Shown here: positions 38,848-44,875 of the stretch, piece by piece
Position numbering within the stretch: the stretch's first letter is position 1
Layout of the letters: each line of letters begins with the position of its first letter
From: Bacteroidetes bacterium CG2_30_33_31
Lineage (GTDB): Bacteria > Bacteroidota > Bacteroidia > Bacteroidales > UBA1556
DNA: 64,000 nucleotides
NCBI GenBank assembly: GCA_001872625.1
Contig: MNXP01000008.1
Coordinates: 38,269 to 102,268 of the forward strand
Direction of reading: 5' to 3'
Program-made: the position numbers and the translations under genes
Notes under the pieces: generated by a model
Databases searched by the model: none
The model's input: only the letters and a program-made list of their open reading frames with translations
Told to the model about the DNA's origin: nothing

Positions 38848-39432
38848 TTATAAATCTTGAATGAGAATATAATCAATCCGTAAACTGTATAATCCCGATT
38901 TATATGTAAAACCTGGATTAATTTTTAAATCTACATTGAATTTATAACAGCCTGGGCTGCTAAGGTAATTGCCAGCAGTATTTGTGCCGTTATTGGGACA
39001 GCTTACACTTAAATCGGGAGCTGCAGCACTACCTATTAAATATGTGGGAGTTGCTATGTCGGTAATGGGGGAAAAGCCTGAAACTAATGATGTATTATTG
39101 GCGTTGCGCACTTGCATTTGAAGAATGCTTACTGGTGGCAAAACTCCAGAGGTTGAATATGTAGATGTTACATCTAAATATCCAGTGGAAGTAGTTGTTG
39201 CACCAACGTATAAATCCCATTGGCTTCCTGTTACATCTACCAACAATTCAAAAGCATTATATTTTATAATACCTGTGCGATAATTCTCTATTGTGTTAAA
39301 ATCAAATGAAATAGTCGATGATAAAGAAGTTATTCCAAATTCTACAGTTTGAGCAGAAACTTTTGAAGTTCCTATCATTGAAAATAGAAATATGTTAAGA
39401 CTTATTAATATAGTTAAGAAGAAATATTTCAT
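38848..39432 (-). CDS. Secreted 194-aa beta-rich protein, paralogue of the 226-aa protein; candidate minor fibre subunit
   Basis: Type I signal peptide ...TSKVSAQ. Shares ISFDFNTIENYRTGIIKYNAFELLVDVTGSQWDLYVGA, YKFNVDLKINPG and the C-terminal SGLYSLRIDYILIQDL with its neighbour. Has one Cys pair (SCPNN...GCY). The stop is 17 nt before the start of the 1111-aa gene. Confidence 0.78.
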   Translation of the reverse strand: MKYFFLTILISLNIFLFSMIGTSKVSAQTVEFGITSLSSTISFDFNTIENYRTGIIKYNAFELLVDVTGSQWDLYVGATTTSTGYLDVTSTYSTSGVLPPVSILQMQVRNANNTSLVSGFSPITDIATPTYLIGSAAAPDLSVSCPNNGTNTAGNYLSSPGCYKFNVDLKINPGFTYKSGLYSLRIDYILIQDL

Positions 39433-39469
39433 TTAATTTATTGAACTTTATATAAAAAAAACCTTCGAA

Positions 39470-39511
39470 CAAAAAAAATGAGAGAATGATAAAAATATCA
39501 TCCTCTCATTT
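39470..39511 (-). terminator. Intra-operon Rho-independent terminator or attenuator between the two subunit genes
   Basis: The minus-strand RNA is AAAUGAGAGGAUGAUA-UUUU-UAUCAUUCUCUCAUUU (16-bp stem, one G-U pair) followed by U8. It starts 8 nt after the stop of the 226-aa gene. Confidence 0.75.
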
Positions 39512-39518
39512 AAATTTT

Positions 39519-40199
39519 TTATAAATCTTCTACCAAAGAATAAACAACTTCTAAATAGTAGTAACCAGCTTGAGCATAAGCCTCATTGTTACCATTTGCA
39601 GTCAACAAAACTGTTGAATTAGGAAATGTAGCAGGAATGCTTGGCTTCAATCTCATATCAATTCTAAATTTATGAGTTGTTGGGTTATCAGCAGCTGTTC
39701 CAGGAGCAAATGCAGATCCACCACCTGAAATTGTACCAAATTGACCTGCTAAAAATTGTGTAGCTGCGGTAGGAACACCAGCTGCTACTGTTGAGTTTGT
39801 TAAACCCAATAAAGAGGTGAAACTGTTAATGTTTACAGGAGCTGTAGAAGTAACTGATGATTCAATTTCAAGAACTTCAGCTGGTAAATAAGAATTCCCA
39901 TTTGTTGAATATGCTTCAACTTGAGACCATGAGTCGCTGTTGGCATATACAAAAAGGTCCCATGCAAGTGTTGCGTCAACTTCAAGTTTGGTTGCATTAA
40001 AACGTGTTATACCTTGACGGTACTCTTGAATAGTTTTAAATACAAAATCAACTTGTGGGTTGGTTGTCATTGTAAGATTTAAAATCCCACGGAGATCCAT
40101 AGTTACATAATTGTATTCCTGATCGGATAATTGTGCGTAACTTTTTTGAGAAGTTGCGATGATAGCAACCAATGCAAATAAAAAGACTAACTTTTTCAT
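39519..40199 (-). CDS. Secreted 226-aa beta-rich protein; candidate major fibre subunit
   Basis: Type I signal peptide ...SQKSYAQ. VDFVFKTIQEYRQGITRFNATKLEVDATLAWDLFVYA, HKFRIDMRLKPS, C-terminal AGYYYLEVVYSLVEDL. No lipobox, no T9SS CTD, no Cys. Confidence 0.78.
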   Translation of the reverse strand: MKKLVFLFALVAIIATSQKSYAQLSDQEYNYVTMDLRGILNLTMTTNPQVDFVFKTIQEYRQGITRFNATKLEVDATLAWDLFVYANSDSWSQVEAYSTNGNSYLPAEVLEIESSVTSTAPVNINSFTSLLGLTNSTVAAGVPTAATQFLAGQFGTISGGGSAFAPGTAADNPTTHKFRIDMRLKPSIPATFPNSTVLLTANGNNEAYAQAGYYYLEVVYSLVEDL

Positions 40200-40218
40200 T
40201 TTAAACTACTTTTAGGTT

Positions 40219-40250
40219 AATAAATAATAAATAATAAATAATAAATAAAT
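40219..40250. repeat. Heptanucleotide tandem repeat (AATAAAT) x4.5 in the 5' leader of the 226-aa subunit gene
   Basis: aataaat aataaat aataaat aataaat aaat, read directly. It lies between a near-consensus -7 box (CAAATTTG, 40255-40262) and the ATG at 40199. Confidence 0.8.
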
Positions 40251-40449
40251 ATTTCAAATTTGGTTATCTGTGGTTTTCCCTTCCCTCAGATAGTTTGTCA
40301 ATGGTGTTTATTACGTGAAGTAGATTTTATGGTTACAAATTATTTATTTTCTTTTTATAACTAATCTATCAAAGCTGGTTAAATAATACGAATTCAGATA
40401 CATAAATATCTATTATTTATTAAAAAAATATTAAAAGCTGTATTTTTTT

Positions 40450-40490
40450 GGAATAAAACAAAGCCGACTTATGTTAAATAAATCGGCTTT
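40450..40490 (-). terminator. Possible terminator of the sulfur operon
   Basis: 8-bp stem AAAGCCGA/UCGGCUUU with a 15-nt loop, followed by GUUUUAUU on the minus strand, 23 nt after the stop at 40513. The large loop makes it weak. Confidence 0.35.
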
Positions 40491-40512
40491 ATCAAAAGAC
40501 TTCGCTTAATTT

Positions 40513-41016
40513 CTAAGTGAAAATTATTTGTGTCCTGTCGCCATCGGCTAATTCATAAAATTGGCCAATTGTAATAATGTCTTTAACTTCATCGCTCAAA
40601 TCTTCCTTTTTCAATTTGAACATGTCCACGGCCAATTTACAGGCAAAAATTTCTCCACCGCCAGCCGTAATCATTTCTAAAAATTCTGAAACACTTGGTA
40701 TGTCAAGCTTTCCCATCTGAGAGCGCATCATTGCCGAAACACCAGATTCTACACCAGGGATTGTTCCCAACAATGTTGGAAAAGGCAAACCTCCCGGCAT
40801 ACGCATGGCGGGATTGCCAACAACACCTGTATGCAGATGATTCATGAACTTTTTGGTGATTCCATCGAGGCCAAAAAAGGTAAAGAAAACTTTTGTTTCT
40901 ATACCTTCCATCACAGCTCCATTTGCCATAACTAAAGTAGCATACACGTCTTCAATTGTTCCTTTTGCGCAGATAAGACATACTTTCTGTAAAGGTTTTT
41001 TTTCTGTATCTTTCAT
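40513..41016 (-). CDS. DsrE/DsrF-like (DrsE_2 type) sulfur-relay family protein
   Basis: Start trimmed to the ATG at 41016 (MKDTEKKPLQKVCLICAKGTIEDVYATLVMANGAVMEG...FFTFFGLD...). The track start at 41076 would overlap the upstream gene by 25 nt. Confidence 0.78.
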   Translation of the reverse strand: MKDTEKKPLQKVCLICAKGTIEDVYATLVMANGAVMEGIETKVFFTFFGLDGITKKFMNHLHTGVVGNPAMRMPGGLPFPTLLGTIPGVESGVSAMMRSQMGKLDIPSVSEFLEMITAGGGEIFACKLAVDMFKLKKEDLSDEVKDIITIGQFYELADGDRTQIIFT

Positions 41017-41051
41017 ATTATATTTATTAAGCTTTTTATAAAAATTATCTA

Positions 41052-41363
41052 TTACACACAACTTGTAGGCTTGCAAATACCAGCATACTTCGAAGAAAGT
41101 TTGAGTGGACCTCCTGGGAACAGTCTGTATAATCCTTTAATATCTACAACTCCTGAGTTTCCTACTTTGCGTATTGATAGAGCTTCTCCACTATTATATT
41201 TATCGCGCAAGTATTCCAAAACTTTGAAATGCTCTTCGGTGAGTTCAATGTCGTCGCGCTCTGCTAATAATTTTGCAACATCTTTCGTCCATTGACTGGC
41301 ATCTACCAAATAGCCGTCGTCATTAAGTTTTACTACTTGTCCGTTTATTGTTAAATCTTCCAT
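41052..41363 (-). CDS. TusE/DsrC-family sulfur-carrier protein
   Basis: 103 aa. GYLVDASQWTKDVA..LAE...IELTEEHFKVLEYLRDKY and the diagnostic C-terminal arm ...KPTSCV with a penultimate Cys. Confidence 0.85.
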   Translation of the reverse strand: MEDLTINGQVVKLNDDGYLVDASQWTKDVAKLLAERDDIELTEEHFKVLEYLRDKYNSGEALSIRKVGNSGVVDIKGLYRLFPGGPLKLSSKYAGICKPTSCV

Positions 41364-41384
41364 AATAATTTGTTTTAAAATTTG

Positions 41385-42059
41385 TTATTTATTTATTGAG
41401 TTTCTAGAAATATTTTTCATAAATGTAATTAAGAATCCTAAGCCCTTTTTCACTTCAGGGCTGTTCATCTCTCTAAAAGCTTTCCATAATGAATATTCAG
41501 GAATATTATCCACTTGCAAAGATGAGTATATTTTCACCGCATTATTCACTGAATTCATCATGTCGGGTTGGGTAATTTGTTTTACTGTATTTAAAATCGT
41601 AACAACATTATCAGCTAATAATTTTACGTCTTTTGGTTCAAAACCAGTAATTACATTGTCGATAACATTGGCGAATTCTCTAAGGAATTCGAAGTAACCT
41701 TTTTTGTCAAATTCGCCCAATTTTTTGCTAATGTCAATTATCACCTCATTTGCAATAGGTCCAACATCTTTTGTCAAATCCATTACCGATTCAAGAGTGT
41801 CCATCAGGCTATTAAAATTTTTAATATTTCTTAAAAATTTTATTCCCAGGTCAGTAAGTTCAGCAGGGTTTAAGTCCACCTGACGATTTTCAAGCTCTTC
41901 TACAGTAGAATCATAAACATCTTTTCCAATGATAGAGAAATCTGAAATCAAATCTTCTATTTTCTCGGACTTAAGTTTTTGTTCCTTCACATATTCCAAT
42001 AGCAAATCCATTTTGCTGTTGAGCTCGTTTATTTGTTTTTGTATATCAACTTCATTCAT
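41385..42059 (-). CDS. DUF1641 domain-containing protein
   Basis: Helical protein with the C-terminal SLWKAFREMNSPEVKKGLGFLITFMKNIS motif typical of DUF1641. It is paired with an FAD oxidoreductase, as is usual for the family. Confidence 0.75.
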   Translation of the reverse strand: MNEVDIQKQINELNSKMDLLLEYVKEQKLKSEKIEDLISDFSIIGKDVYDSTVEELENRQVDLNPAELTDLGIKFLRNIKNFNSLMDTLESVMDLTKDVGPIANEVIIDISKKLGEFDKKGYFEFLREFANVIDNVITGFEPKDVKLLADNVVTILNTVKQITQPDMMNSVNNAVKIYSSLQVDNIPEYSLWKAFREMNSPEVKKGLGFLITFMKNISRNSINK

Positions 42060-42073
42060 AGCTATAATATCTA

Positions 42074-43312
42074 TTATAAGGTGATATTTTTCTTGCCAGC
42101 CATAGTCATGTCAGCTTCTATTGGCAACTCTTTGCCTTTCAGCAAAATATGCCAATAAATCCATCTAAAAATTACTTTACCATAATGGTTAATTTTCGTG
42201 TTTTTTAATAAACCAAAAGGACCAATTCCAGGTAAAGGGAAAGTTCCAGGCAAAGGCTCCGTTGTATAATTGAAATCTATGAGAGCACCTTTTCCGTAAC
42301 CAGTTTCTATATAACAATTAGCGTGTCCATCGAACTTAGCCATCAATGGTCGGCTTTCCATAGCTGAAATAAGGTTTTCAAATAATATTTCACTTGCAAA
42401 ATGAGCAACAGAACCAGCTTTTGATGTAGGAAGGTTAGCAGCATCACCAATCACAAATATGTTTTCGTATTTTTCCGATTGTAAGGTAAATTTGTTTGTT
42501 GGAACATAATTCATGTCATCACCAAGTCCACTCCTTGCAATCATTTCTGACCCCATATTTACCGGTACAATTGTAAGTAAATCAAATTCAATTTCCCTTT
42601 CATCATAGCTGATAATTTTTTTGTTGTCATTGTCAATTCTTTCTAAATAGAAATCTGGCACAACTTTAATATTTTTTTCTTTCATTAATTCACTCAACAT
42701 TTTTGTAGCTACAGGCTTGGTAAATGCGCCTGCCATTGGCGTTACGAAAGTGATATCAACTTTATCTCGCATACCTTTTTTGCTGAAAAAAGCTTCAGCT
42801 AAGAACACAAATTCTAATGGAGCAACAGGGCATTTATATGGCACCTCTGATATACACAATACTAATTTTCCTCCTTCCCAATCTTTGAAATATTGTTGAA
42901 GTGCTAAAGCTCCTTCTATAGTATAGAAATCGAAAATATTTTTATACCATAGTTTTCCTATTAGTCCATTGGTAATTTCTGGTCTAGTTTGAGTTCCAGT
43001 AGCTACTATCAGATAATCATAGTTTAAAGTTTTACCTCCATCTAAATATACCTTATTTTTATCAGCTTCAATTCTATCAATTGCTGAAAAAATAACTCGA
43101 ATGCCTGCTGGGAAAAAATTAGATTTTGGCTTAATTACATCTTGTTTATTGTAAATTCCGAAGGGAATAAATAAAAATCCAGGTTGATAATAGTGAGTTT
43201 TAAATTGATCAACAATCGTAATTCTCCACTCCTCTTGGTCAAGAGCATTCTTTAATTTGTTTGCCATCATAGTGCCCGCTGTACCTGCACCTAATATCAA
43301 AAGTTCTTTCAT
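42074..43312 (-). CDS. FAD-dependent pyridine-nucleotide-disulfide oxidoreductase, sulfide:quinone oxidoreductase-like
   Basis: ILGAGTAGT dinucleotide fold, second GD motif FVIGDAAN, and the two SQR-type redox Cys contexts PYKCPVAPLE and GHANCYIETGYG. Confidence 0.8.
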   Translation of the reverse strand: MKELLILGAGTAGTMMANKLKNALDQEEWRITIVDQFKTHYYQPGFLFIPFGIYNKQDVIKPKSNFFPAGIRVIFSAIDRIEADKNKVYLDGGKTLNYDYLIVATGTQTRPEITNGLIGKLWYKNIFDFYTIEGALALQQYFKDWEGGKLVLCISEVPYKCPVAPLEFVFLAEAFFSKKGMRDKVDITFVTPMAGAFTKPVATKMLSELMKEKNIKVVPDFYLERIDNDNKKIISYDEREIEFDLLTIVPVNMGSEMIARSGLGDDMNYVPTNKFTLQSEKYENIFVIGDAANLPTSKAGSVAHFASEILFENLISAMESRPLMAKFDGHANCYIETGYGKGALIDFNYTTEPLPGTFPLPGIGPFGLLKNTKINHYGKVIFRWIYWHILLKGKELPIEADMTMAGKKNITL

Positions 43313-43339
43313 ATATTATGTTGTTATTATGTTATCGCG

Positions 43340-43347
43340 CAAAAGTA
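43340..43347 (-). promoter_or_regulatory. -7 box TAnnTTTG of the sulfur operon
   Basis: Minus-strand TACTTTTG lies 28 nt upstream of the ATG at 43312. Confidence 0.45.
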
Positions 43348-43373
43348 GTTTTGGATTGTTATCTAAATAACAA

Positions 43374-43416
43374 TTTCTTATGATAATTGTCATTGATTGA
43401 CAATTATCATAAGAAA
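43374..43416. promoter_or_regulatory. Perfect 19-bp-arm palindrome; probable operator for the adjacent Crp/Fnr regulator
   Basis: TTTCTTATGATAATTGTCA-TTGAT-TGACAATTATCATAAGAAA, checked base by base. It sits in the 123-bp divergent intergenic region and contains a TGTCA-N5-TGACA core. Confidence 0.6.
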
Positions 43417-43423
43417 ATTTAAT

Positions 43424-43431
43424 TAAATTTG
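43424..43431 (+). promoter_or_regulatory. -7 box TAnnTTTG of the Crp/Fnr gene
   Basis: TAAATTTG ends 5 nt before the ATG at 43436, which implies a leaderless or near-leaderless mRNA. Confidence 0.4.
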
Positions 43432-43435
43432 TGCC

Positions 43436-44110
43436 ATGAAATGCGATTGTGATTTTTGTAGCTTAAAGACAATATTTTTTAATACCATTAATCCTAATGA
43501 ATTAGAAAATTATTGTAATGCAAAAATTCAAAGGGCATACAAAGCAAAAGAAAATATCATTAAGCAAAATGATTCTATTCAAGAATTCATATATTTAAAA
43601 GAAGGATTAGTAAAACTTTACAGAGATACGCCAGCAGGAAATCAGATTATTAGTATCGGAAAACCACTCGATTTTGTTAGTCTGCTAAGCGTATTTGCCG
43701 ATGAAAAATATTCATATTCTGTTTCTGCAATAAAAGATAGTGTCGTCTGCGTGATGAACCTGAATGATGTAAAAAAACTGATTTTAGAGAATGGCCCTTT
43801 TGCCTTAAGAATTATCACGGTGGTTAACAAAGCAACAGACAGAATTTTATTTGATTATCTTGATATAAGCCAAAAAAGATTATACAGTAGAGTTGCAAAT
43901 GTCATTATTAAATTTTCAGAACTCTCTCAAAATCTGAGTTTTGAAATGCCAATATCAAGAAAAGAAATGGCACAATTGGTAGGCATGAGTATTGAAAACG
44001 TTATTAGGACAATTTCAGATCTTAGGAAAGATAATATAATTAAAGTATATGGTAAGGATATAGAAATTTTAGATTTTGAAAAGCTTAAACATATTCGTGA
44101 CATTTCTTAA
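43436..44110 (+). CDS. Crp/Fnr-family transcriptional regulator with N-terminal Cys cluster (Fnr-like)
   Basis: cNMP-binding beta-roll (FIYLKEGLVKLY) and C-terminal HTH (SRKEMAQLVGMSIENVIRTISDLRKDNII). N-terminus MKCDCDFCSLK plus Cys27 and Cys105. Confidence 0.87.
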   Translation: MKCDCDFCSLKTIFFNTINPNELENYCNAKIQRAYKAKENIIKQNDSIQEFIYLKEGLVKLYRDTPAGNQIISIGKPLDFVSLLSVFADEKYSYSVSAIKDSVVCVMNLNDVKKLILENGPFALRIITVVNKATDRILFDYLDISQKRLYSRVANVIIKFSELSQNLSFEMPISRKEMAQLVGMSIENVIRTISDLRKDNIIKVYGKDIEILDFEKLKHIRDIS

Positions 44111-44303
44111 GGAATAACAAAACCGCTTACATCGCTTCAAATTATTCAAAAATACTAAGAAACAGCAGAAAAAGAAGCGCCTTTATAGATGCATTCGTTC
44201 CAAATTCAATGCATTAAAATTAGGTAATTTTTCAAATTTATTAGTTATGAGATGATTAAACAAAAAAAAATTAAAAAATATTTTTGGAACATCAAAATAA
44301 TTC

Positions 44304-44311
44304 TATCTTTG
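44304..44311 (+). promoter_or_regulatory. -7 box TAnnTTTG
   Basis: TATCTTTG lies 43 nt upstream of the ATG at 44354. Confidence 0.45.
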
Positions 44312-44353
44312 CAAACCTAATTTTGTAAATATTAATTTTAAAATCAGTAAGAT

Positions 44354-44638
44354 ATGACAAAGGCAGAAATCGTAGCAGAAGTTGCTAACAAGACTGGAGT
44401 AGAAAAAATAGCTGTTCAATCAGTTGTTGAAACAATGATGGAAACCATAAAGAGTTCTATGGCCAATGGCGAGAACGTTTATTTACGTGGTTTTGGTAGC
44501 TTTATCATCAAAGAGAGAGCTGAAAAAACAGGTAGAAATATTTCTAAGAATACAACAATTGTTATTCCCGCTCACAAAATTCCAGCATTTAAACCCGCTA
44601 AAACTTTTATGACAGAAGTTAAAAGCAAAATCAAGTAA
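44354..44638 (+). CDS. hup: HU-family DNA-binding protein
   Basis: MTKAEIVAEVA...VYLRGFGSFIIKERAEKTGRNISKNTTIVIPAHKIPAFKPAK is the canonical HU/IHF fold sequence. Confidence 0.92.
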   Translation: MTKAEIVAEVANKTGVEKIAVQSVVETMMETIKSSMANGENVYLRGFGSFIIKERAEKTGRNISKNTTIVIPAHKIPAFKPAKTFMTEVKSKIK

Positions 44639-44656
44639 TCAGTAAAATTTATTATT

Positions 44657-44746
44657 ATGCCAAGTGGTAAAAAGAAAAAAAGGCATAAAATGGCTACTCA
44701 TAAACGTAGAAAAAGACTGCGTAAAAACAGACATAAGAAGAAATAG
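44657..44746 (+). CDS. 29-aa highly basic peptide, probable small ribosomal protein of the bS22 type
   Basis: Below the ORF-track cutoff. ATG 44657 to TAG 44744-44746 encodes MPSGKKKKRHKMATHKRRKRLRKNRHKKK, 18 nt after the hup stop and upstream of rng. The KRHKM..HKR.KRLRK.RH pattern matches what I recall of bS22-type peptides. Confidence 0.6.
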   Translation: MPSGKKKKRHKMATHKRRKRLRKNRHKKK

Positions 44747-44875
44747 TAGCCTTTTATGTTGTAAAAATTAATAGATTGTATAATTCCATTCGGGGTTATA
44801 CAATTTATTTTATTGAAATTCCTTCCTTGAAATATACCGGAAAATCCGGTTTTTAATTTATTTAAATTTATAATC

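Noticed and set aside
40219-40250. Heptamer repeat array as a CRISPR or minisatellite locus
   Set aside because: The units are only 7 nt long, have no spacers, and lie in a 5' leader. No cas genes are present anywhere in the window. It is kept only as a possible slippage tract.
41017-41076. Longer N-terminus of the DsrE-like ORF (track start 41076)
   Set aside because: The extension (MQAYKLCVIDNFYKKLNKYN) overlaps the TusE/DsrC stop by 25 nt and adds no conserved sequence. The internal ATG at 41016 gives the usual family N-terminus (MKDTEKK...VCLICAKG).
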